Assembly: GCA_964637955.1 (NCBI GenBank)
Contig: CAZWXQ010000001.1
Span: 223,447 to 287,446 of the forward strand
Length of the DNA stretch: 64,000 bases
Direction of reading: 5' to 3'
Source: an uncultured Gammaproteobacteria bacterium
GTDB lineage: Bacteria; Patescibacteriota; Microgenomatia; Levybacterales; UBA12049
In this document: piece by piece, positions 46,755-57,159 of the stretch
Position numbering within the stretch: the first letter of the stretch is position 1
Layout of the letters: every line of letters starts with the position of its first letter
The notes under the pieces: model-generated
Told to the model about the DNA's origin: nothing
Databases searched by the model: none
Seen by the model: only the letters and a program-made list of their open reading frames with translations
Translations under genes and position numbers: made by a program

Positions 46755-47192
46755 ATGCAATTAGTAACAAGAATTAACGAAATAAAAACAAGTACAAGAA
46801 AAGTAAGGCTCGTAGCTGATTCTATCAGAGGGCTTAGTATTGATGAGGCACAAGACGCTCTTTCTGTAATTGATAAAAGAGGTGCGCATCATCTTGAAAA
46901 GGCACTTAATAGTGCGGTAGCAAATGCTGTAAATAATGCAAAGCTTGATAAGAGTAATTTAATGATTAAGACAATTGATGTTAACGAAGGAGCATTCTTA
47001 AAAAGATTTAGACCATCAACAAGAGGAAGAATTCATCCTTATAAGAAGAGATCAAGTAATATTAGGATAGTGTTGGAGGAAAAAGTGGCAGCGCCAATAA
47101 AGGTTATAGAAGCACCAGTTAAGAAAGAGAAAAAGAGTTTAATTAAAAAAGAAGAAGTTAAGGCTTCGAATGATAAGGGGGAAAATAAATAA
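46755..47192 (+). CDS. rplV: 50S ribosomal protein L22 (C-terminally extended)
   Basis: L22 core (IRGLSIDEAQDALSV...KRFRPSTRGR) plus a Lys/Glu tail. Confidence 0.9.
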   Translation: MQLVTRINEIKTSTRKVRLVADSIRGLSIDEAQDALSVIDKRGAHHLEKALNSAVANAVNNAKLDKSNLMIKTIDVNEGAFLKRFRPSTRGRIHPYKKRSSNIRIVLEEKVAAPIKVIEAPVKKEKKSLIKKEEVKASNDKGENK

Positions 47193-47840
47193 ATGGGACA
47201 TAAAGTAAATCCAAAATTATTTAGATTAGGACCAGTTTACAATTGGGATTCAAGATGGTTTGATGATAAAAATTATGCTGAAACTTTGCTTGAGGATTAC
47301 AATTTAAGAAAATCTATTACAGAAAGATTAAAAATAGCAGGAGTTTCAACAATATTAATTGAAAGATCTATAAACAGTCTTAGGATTACAGCATTTGTTT
47401 CTAAGCCTGGAATAGTTATCGGAAGAGGTGGAGCAGGTCTTGAAGACCTGAAGAAATTTTTAGTAGCTGAGCTTTTGAAGACTAGAAAAAGTAAAAAGAA
47501 TCTTCCAAAGTTAGACATAAAAATTGAACCAATTAAAGAGCCAAATCTTGATTCATATTTGGTCGCAAGAAATATTGCAGATCAACTGGCTCGAAGAATG
47601 CCGCATAAAAGAGTTATGGGTCAGGCTGTAGAAAGAGCAATGGGCGCAGGAGCGCTCGGAATTAGAGTTGTATTGTCAGGAAGAATTAATGGAGCTGAAA
47701 TAGGAAGACGCGAAAAATTACAGCAAGGCACAGTGCCATTATCAACAATTCGTGAAAATGTAAGTTATGCAAGTTCACCATCATTAACTAAAAAAGGTTA
47801 TATCGGAGTTAAGGTTTGGATTAATACAAAAGGAGAGTAA
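47193..47840 (+). CDS. rpsC: 30S ribosomal protein S3
   Basis: [13 protein letters not shown]...KH domain...[12 protein letters not shown]. Confidence 0.95.
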   Translation: MGHKVNPKLFRLGPVYNWDSRWFDDKNYAETLLEDYNLRKSITERLKIAGVSTILIERSINSLRITAFVSKPGIVIGRGGAGLEDLKKFLVAELLKTRKSKKNLPKLDIKIEPIKEPNLDSYLVARNIADQLARRMPHKRVMGQAVERAMGAGALGIRVVLSGRINGAEIGRREKLQQGTVPLSTIRENVSYASSPSLTKKGYIGVKVWINTKGE

Positions 47841-47841
47841 C

Positions 47842-48249
47842 ATGTTAACACCAAAAAGACAAAAATACAGAAAACAATTTAGAGGAAGATTAAAGGGAGT
47901 AGCTTATGCTGGAACTAGAGTTTCATTTGGTGAATATGGATTAATTTCTGAGCAGTCTGGTTGGATATCAGCTCGTGAAATTGAGTCTGCTAGAAGAGCA
48001 ATTACTCATTATACTCAAAGAGGTGGACGTATTTGGATAAGAATTTTTCCAGATAAACCTGTTAGTAAAAAGCCACCTGAGGTAAGAATGGGAAGTGGAA
48101 AAGGAGATATTAACGAGTTCGTAGCGCCAGTTAAGGAAGGTAGAATGCTTTTTGAGATGGCTGGAGTTCCTAAGGATGTTGCGCATGCCGCGCTTAGGCT
48201 TGCATCACATAAATTAAGTGTTAAGTCTAGAATAGTGGATAAGGAATAA
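47842..48249 (+). CDS. rplP: 50S ribosomal protein L16
   Basis: [16 protein letters not shown]...RMGSGKG. Confidence 0.95.
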   Translation: MLTPKRQKYRKQFRGRLKGVAYAGTRVSFGEYGLISEQSGWISAREIESARRAITHYTQRGGRIWIRIFPDKPVSKKPPEVRMGSGKGDINEFVAPVKEGRMLFEMAGVPKDVAHAALRLASHKLSVKSRIVDKE

Positions 48250-48252
48250 AAT

Positions 48253-48474
48253 ATGAGAATAAAGGAAATATCAGGTAAAGATATAAAAGAATTAAAAGAT
48301 CTATTAAAAGCTAAGAAAAAAGATTTGTTTGATTTAAAGATTGAAAATAAACAAAACAAATTGAAAAACACAAGATCGATCTTTAATTCTAGAAAAGAAA
48401 TTGCTAAAATAATGACTTTAATAAGAGAAAAAGAATTAATTGCGCCAGCTGAGGAGGTAAAAGCAGCTAAGTAA
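48253..48474 (+). CDS. rpmC: 50S ribosomal protein L29
   Basis: 73-aa helical protein in the conserved position between L16 and S17 (LKDLLKAKKKDLFDLK...). Confidence 0.85.
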   Translation: MRIKEISGKDIKELKDLLKAKKKDLFDLKIENKQNKLKNTRSIFNSRKEIAKIMTLIREKELIAPAEEVKAAK

Positions 48475-48490
48475 TTAGTAAAAAATAAAT

Positions 48491-48919
48491 ATGAAAATTT
48501 TTGAAGGAAAAATAATATCAACAGCAATGACCAACACAGTAGTGGTTGAGGTGCTTCGCATAACGCCTCATCCTTTATATAGAAAATTAGTTAAATCGAC
48601 TAAAAAGTATAAAGTAGACACAAATGGAATGAATGATTTAAATGTTGGATCTGTTGTTGAGATTACAGAAATTAAGCCAATGTCTAAAGATAAGTATTTT
48701 AAGGTCACGAAAATTGTTGGAGTTGGAAAGGCTCCTAAGGTTGAGGAGTCAAAAAAACAAGATAAAGAAACAGAAAAAAGTGAAGTTAATATAAAGGCAT
48801 CCGTTCGCCAAGCTCAGGAGGATACACTCAAAGTTGAAGTTAAAGCAAAATCAAAGACTAAAAAAACAATTAAGCCCTCCGAAGCTAAATCTTCGAAGGA
48901 CAAGAAGGAGAATAAATAA
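48491..48919 (+). CDS. rpsQ: 30S ribosomal protein S17 with a Lys/Glu-rich C-terminal extension
   Basis: S17 OB core ([17 protein letters not shown]...HPLYRK.V) plus a tail. Confidence 0.9.
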   Translation: MKIFEGKIISTAMTNTVVVEVLRITPHPLYRKLVKSTKKYKVDTNGMNDLNVGSVVEITEIKPMSKDKYFKVTKIVGVGKAPKVEESKKQDKETEKSEVNIKASVRQAQEDTLKVEVKAKSKTKKTIKPSEAKSSKDKKENK

Positions 48920-49293
48920 TGGTACAACATAGAAGTATTTTAAAAGTAGCAGATAATTCAGGAGCAAAATCTTTACTAGTTATTCAAGCAAGAAATGGAT
49001 CTAAGAGAAAATTCGGGCATATTGGAGATGTAATTAAATGTGTAGTTAGAGAAGCAGCTCCTGTTGGTCAAGTTAAAGAGTCTGAAATGTGCTTAGCAGT
49101 TTTAGTGAGAAGTAGAAAGGAATATAAAAGAGAAGATGGATCATATATCAGATTTTCTGATAATGCAGCAGTTTTGATAGATAATGCTAAAGACAAAAAT
49201 CCAATTGGAACTCGTATATTCGGACCGATTGCAAGAGAGATTAGAGATAATGGATTTATGAAAATTACAAGTATGGCAGTTGAGGTGTTATAA
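48919..49293 (+). CDS. rplN: 50S ribosomal protein L14
   Basis: [17 protein letters not shown]... Confidence 0.95.
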   Translation: MVQHRSILKVADNSGAKSLLVIQARNGSKRKFGHIGDVIKCVVREAAPVGQVKESEMCLAVLVRSRKEYKREDGSYIRFSDNAAVLIDNAKDKNPIGTRIFGPIAREIRDNGFMKITSMAVEVL

Positions 49294-49294
49294 T

Positions 49295-49600
49295 ATGAAG
49301 CTTAAAAGAAATGATGTAGTTGTTATCGTAAGAGGAAAAGACAAAGGTAAAACAGGAAAAATAGAAAAAGTTTTTACGAAAGAACATAAGGTTTTGATTC
49401 CTGGAGTAAATCTTTACAAAAGACATTATAAGTCCAGGCTTCAAAATAAGCCAAGTGAAATTATCGAGATAACTAAGCCATTTGCTGAAAGTAGTGTTGC
49501 ATTGATTTGTCCACATTGCAAAAAGCAGACAAGAGTTGGTTATAAAATTGATAATAAAGAAAAAGTTAGAATATGCAGAAAGTGTAATAAAAAAATATAA
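49295..49600 (+). CDS. rplX: 50S ribosomal protein L24 with a C-terminal C4 zinc-ribbon extension
   Basis: KOW domain (MKLKRNDVVVIVRGKDKGKTGKI) followed by CPHC...CRKC. Start placed at the ATG 7 nt after the GAGGTG SD. Confidence 0.9.
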   Translation: MKLKRNDVVVIVRGKDKGKTGKIEKVFTKEHKVLIPGVNLYKRHYKSRLQNKPSEIIEITKPFAESSVALICPHCKKQTRVGYKIDNKEKVRICRKCNKKI

Positions 49601-49602
49601 TT

Positions 49603-50142
49603 ATGGATAACTTAGCAAATAAATATAATACAAAAATTAAATTAGATCTTAAAAAAGATTTGGATATTAAGAATATTAATGCGGTTCCAAAGCTTACAAA
49701 GATTGTGGTTAACATGGGAGTAAAAGATGCAATTGCAGATAAGAAAAATATAGAGATAGCATCTGGTGTGCTCGCTCAAATTACGGGACAAAAACCAAAA
49801 ATTAACAAAGCAAAAAAATCAATTGCAACATTCAAGCTTCGAGAAGGAGATAAAATAGGAGTTGTGGTGACATTAAGAGGAAAAAGAATGTATGATTTTT
49901 ATTCTAAATTAGTAGGAATCGTTTTGCCAAGAATTCGTGATTTTAGAGGAGTTCCATTGAAGAGTTTTGATGGAAGAGGTAATTATTCATTAGGTTTTTC
50001 AGAAAGTACAGTTTTTGCAGAAATTGATCAGTCAAAAGTTGAAAAAGTTCAAGGAGTTGAGATTACTATAGTTACAACTGCTAGAACAAATGAGGAAGGA
50101 GAGGCACTCTTAAAAGCATTGGGAATGCCTTTTATAAAATAA
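49603..50142 (+). CDS. rplE: 50S ribosomal protein L5
   Basis: Conserved L5 blocks (KIVVNMGV...GQKP...LRG..MYDF). Confidence 0.95.
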   Translation: MDNLANKYNTKIKLDLKKDLDIKNINAVPKLTKIVVNMGVKDAIADKKNIEIASGVLAQITGQKPKINKAKKSIATFKLREGDKIGVVVTLRGKRMYDFYSKLVGIVLPRIRDFRGVPLKSFDGRGNYSLGFSESTVFAEIDQSKVEKVQGVEITIVTTARTNEEGEALLKALGMPFIK

Positions 50143-50143
50143 T

Positions 50144-50329
50144 ATGGCAAAGAAATCAAACGTAGCAAAATTTAATAAGAAACAAAAATTCGCCGTAAGA
50201 CATGTAAATATCTGCAAAATTTGCGGGAGAAGCAGAAGTTATATGAGAAAATTTGGAATTTGTAGAATTTGTTTTAGAGAATTAGCATCGAAAGGAGAAT
50301 TACCAGGCGTAACAAAAGCCAGTTGGTAG
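50144..50329 (+). CDS. rpsN: 30S ribosomal protein S14, zinc-binding type Z
   Basis: 61 aa with CKICGRS...CRIC. Confidence 0.9.
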   Translation: MAKKSNVAKFNKKQKFAVRHVNICKICGRSRSYMRKFGICRICFRELASKGELPGVTKASW

Positions 50330-50339
50330 TATCTAAATT

Positions 50340-50732
50340 ATGAATCATTCAGTATCAGATTTTTTAATTAGAATAAAGAACGCAAGCTTAGCTAGAAGAA
50401 AAGAAGTAGAATTGCCATTCTCAAAAATTAATATGGAGATCGGTAAAGTGTTAAAAAAAGAGGGATATCTTGAGGAAATTAAAGAAGTTAAAGATGGAAA
50501 TAAAAGAACTCTTAAAGCAGTGATTTCTTATGAAAAAAGAAATCCTGTCATGGCGAATGTAATTGTAATTTCAAAACCATCCCTTAGAGTTTATAAGCCA
50601 TCAAAGTCAATAAAAGATATAGAAATTAGAGGAAGACACAGCGTAGTGCTTTCTACCAGTCAAGGAGTAATGACTGGAAAAGACGCAAAGAAAAAAGGAA
50701 TAGGAGGAGAAATATTGTTCGAAATTTGGTAA
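50340..50732 (+). CDS. rpsH: 30S ribosomal protein S8
   Basis: DFLIRIKNASLARR...G.LSTS.G.MT.K.A...GIGGE.L..IW. Confidence 0.95.
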   Translation: MNHSVSDFLIRIKNASLARRKEVELPFSKINMEIGKVLKKEGYLEEIKEVKDGNKRTLKAVISYEKRNPVMANVIVISKPSLRVYKPSKSIKDIEIRGRHSVVLSTSQGVMTGKDAKKKGIGGEILFEIW

Positions 50733-50775
50733 ATTTATTACCCGATTTTATAAAGAGCAATAAAATTATACAAAT

Positions 50776-51333
50776 ATGTCAAAAATAGCTAAAATACCAG
50801 TAGAAATAAAACCAGGTACTCAAGTTTCAATAGTTGAGGGTGAGGTTAAGGTAATTGGACCAAAAGGAAATTTAAGCTTTAAAATTCCAAACGGAGTTGT
50901 GGTGAAAATTGAAGAGGATAAAGTTTTAGTTTCTCAGGCAAATGAAAACGTAAATGCAAGAGCTCTTTCTGGTTTAACTCGTGCATACATAGCAAATATG
51001 GTTAAAGGAACGACTGATGGATTTACTAAGAAACTTGAATTAACTGGAGTTGGTTATAGAGCGCAGGCATCTGGAAATAGTTTAACTCTAAATGTTGGAT
51101 ATTCACATCCGGTTATAATTAAAGCTGATCAATCAATTGTATTTACAGTTGAAGAAAACGTAATTACAGTGTCTGGAATCGATAAAGCATTGGTTGGAGA
51201 TGTTGCAGCTAAAGTAAGAGACGTTAGACCACCGGAGCCATATAAAGGAAAAGGAATTAAATATCAAGGCGAATATATTAGAAGAAAAGTTGGTAAAGCA
51301 GCTAAGGCAGTCGGAGGAGCTGGAGCTAAATAA
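50776..51333 (+). CDS. rplF: 50S ribosomal protein L6
   Basis: SKIAKIPVEI...GYSHPV...PEPYKGKGI.Y.GE. Confidence 0.95.
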   Translation: MSKIAKIPVEIKPGTQVSIVEGEVKVIGPKGNLSFKIPNGVVVKIEEDKVLVSQANENVNARALSGLTRAYIANMVKGTTDGFTKKLELTGVGYRAQASGNSLTLNVGYSHPVIIKADQSIVFTVEENVITVSGIDKALVGDVAAKVRDVRPPEPYKGKGIKYQGEYIRRKVGKAAKAVGGAGAK

Positions 51334-51335
51334 TT

Positions 51336-51668
51336 ATGAATGAACAAAAATTAAGAAGACAAACTAGAACTAGGAATAATATTAAGTCATTAGATAGAGT
51401 AAGAGTTTCTGTGTATAGATCAAATAAATATATCTCAGCTCAGATTATTGATGACGTAAAAAATGTTACTATTGTTGGTGTTTCTGAAAAACATCTAAAG
51501 ACTAAGGGTACAAAGACAGAAAAAGCAAAAGCACTAGGTTTACTTTTGGCAGAAAAAGCAAAAGCTAAAAAAGTTACAAAGGTAGTTTTTGATAGAGGTA
51601 GTTATGCATATCATGGGAGAGTTAAGAGTATGGCAGAAGGATTAAGAGAAGGAGGATTGGAATTCTAA
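51336..51668 (+). CDS. rplR: 50S ribosomal protein L18
   Basis: R.RVSV.RSNK.I.AQIIDD......FDRG.Y.YHGRV.A.A.G.REGGL.F. Confidence 0.9.
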   Translation: MNEQKLRRQTRTRNNIKSLDRVRVSVYRSNKYISAQIIDDVKNVTIVGVSEKHLKTKGTKTEKAKALGLLLAEKAKAKKVTKVVFDRGSYAYHGRVKSMAEGLREGGLEF

Positions 51669-51669
51669 A

Positions 51670-52176
51670 ATGGCAGATGCAAATTTTGTAAATCAAATAG
51701 ATAGAAGACAGGACGAGTTTGAAGAGAAAATCGTTCAGGTAAGTCGTGTTTCTAAAAAAACAAAAGGTGGAAATAAGATTGGTTTTTCAGCCCTAGCTGT
51801 TGTTGGAGATGGAAAAGGAAGAGTAGGAGTTGGGCTTGGAAAAGCTCCAGATGTTTCAGCAGCCATAAGAAAAGGAGTTTTAACAGCAAAGAAAAATCTA
51901 GTAGAAGTACCAATTATTAATGGAACAATTCCATTTGAATTCTATATAAAGCTTGGAGCTGCAAAGGTTTTAATTAAGCCAGCACCTCCTGGATCAGGTG
52001 TAATTGCTGGAGGAGCTGTAAGAAGTGTAGTTACAGCAGCTGGAATTCATAATATTTCTTCAAAGGTTTTAGGAACTAAGAATAAGCCAAGTAATGTTTA
52101 TGCAACCATCGAAGCATTAAGACTTTTATCTGAGAGATATAAGAGAGAAGAGGAGAGAAAAAATGGCGTTAAATAA
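51670..52176 (+). CDS. rpsE: 30S ribosomal protein S5
   Basis: VSRV.K..KGG....F.ALAVVGDG.GRVG.G.GKA..V..AI.KG. Confidence 0.95.
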   Translation: MADANFVNQIDRRQDEFEEKIVQVSRVSKKTKGGNKIGFSALAVVGDGKGRVGVGLGKAPDVSAAIRKGVLTAKKNLVEVPIINGTIPFEFYIKLGAAKVLIKPAPPGSGVIAGGAVRSVVTAAGIHNISSKVLGTKNKPSNVYATIEALRLLSERYKREEERKNGVK

Positions 52177-52603
52177 TTTACCAAAAGTAAAAAGTAAATC
52201 TAAAAAAAGACTTGGTCAGGGGCATGGATCTGGACGTGTTAAAACATCAGGACGAGGCACTAAAGGTCAGCATGCAAGAAATAAAGTTCCAGCTCATTTT
52301 GAAGGAGGAGCTCTTCCGTTAACAAAAAGAATACCATATCTAAGAGGAAAAGGAAGAAATAAAAGCTTCAGACCAACTCCACTTATTGTAAACATTAAAT
52401 ACATAAGTGGTCTTCCAAAAAATTCTGTAGTAGACTTAGATTTGTTAGTTAAAAGCAGAATTGTAAAAGAAGCAGATGCTAAAAAATTTGGCGTTAAAAT
52501 ATTGGGAGATGGAGAAATAGCACAAGCTTTAATAATAAAGCTTCCAATCTCGAAAAGTGCAGCTAACAAAATTGAAAAAGCCGGCGGTAAAATCGAACTT
52601 TAA
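52163..52603 (+). CDS. rplO: 50S ribosomal protein L15 (directly follows S5; no L30 gene between them)
   Basis: KRLGQGHGSGRVKTSGRGTKGQ.AR. Overlaps rpsE by 14 nt, so rpmD is absent. Confidence 0.9.
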   Translation: MALNNLPKVKSKSKKRLGQGHGSGRVKTSGRGTKGQHARNKVPAHFEGGALPLTKRIPYLRGKGRNKSFRPTPLIVNIKYISGLPKNSVVDLDLLVKSRIVKEADAKKFGVKILGDGEIAQALIIKLPISKSAANKIEKAGGKIEL

Positions 52604-53890
52604 ATGGAAAATCTCTTAAGTTTATTTAGAAACAGTTTCAGGGCGCCTGATGTAAGACGCAAAATTCTTTTTACAGCTTTAATTCTCGTAATCTTTAGAG
52701 TCTTCGCTCATATCCCCGTAGCTGGAGTTAACCTCGATCAGCTTAAAGCATTGTTCGCACAGAATCAATTCTTGGGACTTCTTGATATTTTTTCAGGTGG
52801 AACGCTATCTAATTTTTCAGTAATGGCACTTGGACTTAATCCTTACATTAATGCATCTATTATTATGCAGCTTGGAACGCTGGTATTTCCTAAGCTTGAA
52901 GCTATGCAAAAAGAGGGAGAATCAGGACGACAAAAAATTAATCAATACACAAGATATCTTACAGTACCATTAGCAGCAGTTCAGGCTGTCGGAATGTATG
53001 CTCTTCTCAAGAGTCAGGGAATAGTTATTATGACTACTCCACTTGAGATAATAACATTTATTCTCACCATGGTTGCTGGAACTATGCTTTTGGTTTGGCT
53101 TGGAGAACTTATCACAGAAAAAGGTGTTGGAAATGGAATATCAATTATTATCTTTGCAGGAATTGTAGGAAGACTTCCTGTTATGCTCGGTCAGACATTC
53201 TCAACTGCAGGATCACAAAATCTATTTAATTTACTTGGCTTTGCTGCAATGGGTCTTGCTGTAATAGCATCGATAGTTGTAGTAAATGAAGCTACTCGAA
53301 AAGTTGTAGTAAATTATGCAAGAAGGGTTAGGGGAAATAAAATGTATGGTGGTCAGTCGACGTATTTACCTCTTAGGTTAAATCAAGCAGGAGTAATTCC
53401 GATTATTTTTGCTGTTTCACTAATGCTTTTGCCAAGTTTAATTGCAAATTTCTTAACAGCGTCATCGAATCCTGCGATTCAAAAAATGGCAGCACAAATC
53501 ACAATTTGGTTTAACCCGAATGGTCTGTTTTATAATGGGCTTTATTTTGGCTTAGTAGTTGTATTTACTTTTTTCTATACAGCGGTAGTATTTAACCCTA
53601 AGAAAATAGCCGATGAAATCCAAAAATATGGTGGTTTTATTCCTGGTGTTAGACCAGGTGCTCCGACTGCAAAATACCTTAATTATATTCTAGTTAGAAT
53701 TACGCTTGCTGGTGCGATATTTTTAGGTCTTATTGCCATCCTTCCAAGTATACTTAGAGTAGCCACAAATGTTCAAACTTTATCAGTTGGTGGAACAGGA
53801 ATGTTAATAGTTGTGTCAGTGGTGCTGGAAACCATTAAATCAATTGAAGCGCAATTAGTAATGAGAAATTACGAAGGTTATCAGAAGTAA
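52604..53890 (+). CDS. secY: preprotein translocase subunit SecY
   Basis: 428 aa with 10 TM helices. Conserved [17 protein letters not shown] and a C-terminal plug/hinge. Confidence 0.95.
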   Translation: MENLLSLFRNSFRAPDVRRKILFTALILVIFRVFAHIPVAGVNLDQLKALFAQNQFLGLLDIFSGGTLSNFSVMALGLNPYINASIIMQLGTLVFPKLEAMQKEGESGRQKINQYTRYLTVPLAAVQAVGMYALLKSQGIVIMTTPLEIITFILTMVAGTMLLVWLGELITEKGVGNGISIIIFAGIVGRLPVMLGQTFSTAGSQNLFNLLGFAAMGLAVIASIVVVNEATRKVVVNYARRVRGNKMYGGQSTYLPLRLNQAGVIPIIFAVSLMLLPSLIANFLTASSNPAIQKMAAQITIWFNPNGLFYNGLYFGLVVVFTFFYTAVVFNPKKIADEIQKYGGFIPGVRPGAPTAKYLNYILVRITLAGAIFLGLIAILPSILRVATNVQTLSVGGTGMLIVVSVVLETIKSIEAQLVMRNYEGYQK

Positions 53891-53914
53891 ATCTTAAAGA
53901 AAGGAGTATTTTTA

Positions 53915-54451
53915 ATGAAAATTATTTTAATAGGAATTCAAGGAGCGGGAAAATCAACACAAGGTAATATATTATCAGAACAGCTAGGAATTCCCTATCT
54001 TTCTACCGGGCATATTTTCCGCGAAATGGCTAAAGAAAAAACTAAGATTGGAAGATACTTAAAAGAAGTAATGAATTCAGGTGCACTTATTCCCGACGAA
54101 ACAACGCTAGATATTGTTTCAGATTATCTTAAGCGTTCTGAATATGAAAAAGGTTACATTATGGATGGATTTCCAAGAACTACAAAGCAGGCTGAAGCTT
54201 TTGAAAATGGCATTGATAAAGTAATCTATCTTAAAGTTTCTGATAAAGAAGCATTGTGGAGACTTGCTTACAGAATAGATGATAGAGAAGATTCAACATT
54301 AGTTGCAATTCGCAAAAGAATAGAATTATTCCATGAAGTTACAAAGCCAGTCATTGAATGGTATAGAAGTAAAGGTTTGTTGATTGAAGTAAATGGCGAA
54401 GAAGCCATTGAAGAGATATCAAAGAAAATATTATCTTCAATTAAGAAATAA
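53915..54451 (+). CDS. adk: adenylate kinase, short-LID type
   Basis: P-loop GIQGAGKSTQ, GYIMDGFPRT. 178 aa with no Cys4 LID insert. Confidence 0.9.
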   Translation: MKIILIGIQGAGKSTQGNILSEQLGIPYLSTGHIFREMAKEKTKIGRYLKEVMNSGALIPDETTLDIVSDYLKRSEYEKGYIMDGFPRTTKQAEAFENGIDKVIYLKVSDKEALWRLAYRIDDREDSTLVAIRKRIELFHEVTKPVIEWYRSKGLLIEVNGEEAIEEISKKILSSIKK

Positions 54452-54457
54452 TACTTC

Positions 54458-55153
54458 ATGAATAAAGGATTTGCTATTGCAATCGATGGTCCCGTAGCTT
54501 CAGGTAAAGGTACTCTTGCACCATATTTAGCAAAGGAACTTGATGGATTCTATCTAGATACAGGCGCTATGTATAGATGCGTTGCTCTTTACATCTTGGA
54601 AAATAATATAGATCCGAATGATAAAGATGAAGTTGAAAAAATTGTTAAAGATCTCGCTATCGACTTTAGAGATGGAGAAACTTTTTTAAATGGTGAGGAT
54701 GTAAGTGAGAAGATTAGAACAGGAGAGGTAAGTAGAGTTGTTCCCTTGGCAGTTGGTTATGAAGGAGTTAGACGCGAGTTAATAGCAAAGCAAAGAGAAA
54801 TTGCCAGAAAAAATATGGAAGAAGGAAGAACTGTGGTCGTAGAAGGGCGAGACATAGCTACAATAGTTTTACCTGATGCCAAATTTAAACTTTATCTAAC
54901 TGCGAACGTAGAAGAAAGAGCGAAGAGAAGACATCTGCAGATGAAAGCTCTAGGAGAAGAGGTTTATTTTGAAACAGTTCTTGAAGATGTAAGGCAAAGA
55001 GACAAGCGGGATATTGAGGTGAATAAAACATTGGTTAGTGATCCACAAGGATTTGGTTATGAAATCCTTGATAACAGTGGATATACTCAAGAGGAAACTC
55101 TAAATAAAGCAATTGAGATGTTAAGACAGAAAGGATTATATGGTTCACATTAA
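54458..55153 (+). CDS. cmk: cytidylate kinase
   Basis: IAIDGPVASGKGT P-loop and conserved cmk blocks. Unusually inserted between adk and map. Confidence 0.9.
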   Translation: MNKGFAIAIDGPVASGKGTLAPYLAKELDGFYLDTGAMYRCVALYILENNIDPNDKDEVEKIVKDLAIDFRDGETFLNGEDVSEKIRTGEVSRVVPLAVGYEGVRRELIAKQREIARKNMEEGRTVVVEGRDIATIVLPDAKFKLYLTANVEERAKRRHLQMKALGEEVYFETVLEDVRQRDKRDIEVNKTLVSDPQGFGYEILDNSGYTQEETLNKAIEMLRQKGLYGSH

Positions 55154-55901
55154 AACAAAAGAAGAAATAGAAATTATGCGTTATGGAGGAAATATTCTTT
55201 CCGAAGTGCTATGGGAAGTAATGGATTTTATTAAGCCAGGTGTAACTGAAATTGAAGTTGATGCTTTGGCCGATAAACTAATTATCGAAAAAGGTGGAGA
55301 AGTCGGATTTAGAAGAGTTGAAGGATACAAATATGCGACATGTATTTCAACAAATAATGTAGTTGTTCACGGAATCCCTACAGATTATAAGCTAAAAGAA
55401 GGAGATATTATCGGAGTTGATTGCGGAGTTTTTTATAAAGGGTTTAATACTGATATGTCACACAGTGTTGTGGTTGGTAAATCAAGCAAAAATCCCGAAG
55501 TAGATAAATTTCTTGAAGTGGGAGAAAAAGCGTTAAATGAAGCAATTAAACAGGCTAAAATAGGAAATAGAATAGGTAATATCTCAAAAACCATCCAAGA
55601 TATTGTTGAGATAGAAAATGGCTATTCGATCGTACGTTCCTTAATTGGTCATGGGGTTGGTCGTGATCTTCATGAAGATCCTGAAGTTCCAGGTTTTCTT
55701 CACGGGAAAATTGAAAAAACCCCAGTTTTAAAAGAAGGTATGACTATCGCGATCGAAGTAATTTATAATATGGGCGAGCCAGATGTGTCATTTTACAATA
55801 AGGATGGATGGACAATAGGCACAACTGATGGTAGTTTATCAGGTCTTTTTGAGCGAACTATTGCGGTAACTCAAAAAGGTCCTGAGATTTTGACAAAATA
55901 A
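55140..55901 (+). CDS. map: methionine aminopeptidase type I
   Basis: Metal ligands in DIIGVDCGVFYKGFNTDMSHS...HGVGRDLHE...AIEVIYN. Confidence 0.9.
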   Translation: MVHIKTKEEIEIMRYGGNILSEVLWEVMDFIKPGVTEIEVDALADKLIIEKGGEVGFRRVEGYKYATCISTNNVVVHGIPTDYKLKEGDIIGVDCGVFYKGFNTDMSHSVVVGKSSKNPEVDKFLEVGEKALNEAIKQAKIGNRIGNISKTIQDIVEIENGYSIVRSLIGHGVGRDLHEDPEVPGFLHGKIEKTPVLKEGMTIAIEVIYNMGEPDVSFYNKDGWTIGTTDGSLSGLFERTIAVTQKGPEILTK

Positions 55902-55910
55902 GGCTACCCG

Positions 55911-55939
55911 TTGATCTTTATAGGCTCGTTTGATATAAT
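55911..55939 (+). promoter_or_regulatory. promoter TTGATC-N17-TATAAT upstream of infA
   Basis: Consensus -10 box with 17-nt spacing. Confidence 0.45.
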
Positions 55940-55961
55940 CAGGTTACAAAATATCAAATTT

Positions 55962-55995
55962 CGTCCGCTGGGCGGATGATTTTTGAATTTTTTTT
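55962..55995 (+). terminator. hairpin plus U-rich tract in the infA leader, ending at the ATG
   Basis: CGTCCGC-tgg-GCGGATG (7 bp, one G-U pair) followed by ATTTTTGAATTTTTTTT. Confidence 0.4.
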
Positions 55996-56214
55996 ATGGC
56001 ACATCAAGGGTCAATAGAAGTAGAAGGAAAAGTTTTAGAATCTCTGCCTAATACATTGTTTCGGGTTGAACTGTTTGATGGGAGAATCATACTCTGCCAT
56101 CTTTCAGGAAAAATGAGAATGAATTTCATTAAAATTCTACCTGGAGATAAAGTAAGAGTTGAGATGACCCCGTATGATGAGTCAAAAGGGAGAATAACTT
56201 TTAGAATAAAGTAA
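55996..56214 (+). CDS. infA: translation initiation factor IF-1
   Basis: 72 aa S1-like OB fold: [31 protein letters not shown]...ILPGDKV.VEMTPYD..KGRI.FR. Confidence 0.95.
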   Translation: MAHQGSIEVEGKVLESLPNTLFRVELFDGRIILCHLSGKMRMNFIKILPGDKVRVEMTPYDESKGRITFRIK

Positions 56215-56230
56215 ATTGGAAGGTTAAAAT

Positions 56231-56344
56231 ATGAAAGTACAAGCAAGCGTAGGACCAAGATGCACAAAATGCAAAATAATTAAAAGACGAGGAGTCGTTA
56301 GGGTTATTTGTGATAATCCAAGACACAAGCAGAGACAAGGTTAA
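56231..56344 (+). CDS. rpmJ: 50S ribosomal protein L36 (too short for the ORF track)
   Basis: [37 protein letters not shown]: C-x2-C...C...H zinc ribbon in the conserved position between infA and rpsM. Confidence 0.85.
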   Translation: MKVQASVGPRCTKCKIIKRRGVVRVICDNPRHKQRQG

Positions 56345-56347
56345 TAT

Positions 56348-56737
56348 ATGAGAATTTCAGGAGTAAACTTACCAGACGAAAAAAAATTAAATATAGCGCT
56401 TACTTATATTTATGGAATTGGTAGAAGTAATGTTGTCAATGTTCTTGATGTAGCAAAGGTAGACGGAGATAAAAGAGTAAAAGTTCTTACTGAAGAAGAG
56501 CAAAAAAGAATTCAGCAAGCACTAGAAACATACAAGCTTGAAGGAGATTTAAGAACAGAAGTGAACGAGAACATTAGAAGATTAAAAGATATTCAAGCAT
56601 ATAAAGGAATGAGGCATGCAAGAAACTTGCCAGCACACGGACAAAGAACTAGATCAAATGCTAGAACAAAGAGAGGAAAGAGAGTAACAATTGGAGCTAT
56701 TAAGAAAGAAGTAGCAACAAAAATGGGACTTACTTAA
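56348..56737 (+). CDS. rpsM: 30S ribosomal protein S13
   Basis: MRISGVNLPDEK...ALTYIYGIG. Confidence 0.95.
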   Translation: MRISGVNLPDEKKLNIALTYIYGIGRSNVVNVLDVAKVDGDKRVKVLTEEEQKRIQQALETYKLEGDLRTEVNENIRRLKDIQAYKGMRHARNLPAHGQRTRSNARTKRGKRVTIGAIKKEVATKMGLT

Positions 56738-56746
56738 ATTTAATAT

Positions 56747-57157
56747 ATGGCAAATGCGCAGTCCTCCTCTGGAGGAAAAAAAACAAGTACAAAGAGAAAA
56801 GTAGATAGAGTTACTGAAAACGGTAAGGTTTATATTTCTTCTACTTTTAATAACACTTTAGTAACTATTACCAATAATCGTGGGGAAACTATTGGTTGGA
56901 GTAGTGCTGGAGCATCTGGATTTAAAGGAACTAGAAAATCTACTCCTTTTGCAGCAACAACCGCGATGGAAAATGTTGCTAGAAAAGCAGCAGCAGGTGG
57001 AATGAAAAGTGTTGAAGTTTATATAAAAGGACCAGGTGCTGGTCGTGATTCAGCTCTAAGAGCAATAAAAAGTGCAGGATTGTCTATTTCTCAAATTGCT
57101 GATGTGACACCAATACCGCACAATGGACCAAGAGCAAGTAAGAAAAGAAGAATTTAA
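56747..57157 (+). CDS. rpsK: 30S ribosomal protein S11
   Basis: G..YI.STFNNT.VTIT...G....[17 protein letters not shown]. Confidence 0.95.
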   Translation: MANAQSSSGGKKTSTKRKVDRVTENGKVYISSTFNNTLVTITNNRGETIGWSSAGASGFKGTRKSTPFAATTAMENVARKAAAGGMKSVEVYIKGPGAGRDSALRAIKSAGLSISQIADVTPIPHNGPRASKKRRI

Positions 57158-57159
57158 TT

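Noticed and set aside
48015-48527. 170-aa minus-strand ORF
   Set aside because: It is antisense to rplP, rpmC and rpsQ. The low-complexity AT-rich translation is typical of spurious ORFs opposite r-protein genes. The same applies to the other short antisense ORFs listed inside rpoB, rpoC, fusA, tuf, secY and the thiolase gene (e.g. 63127-63645).
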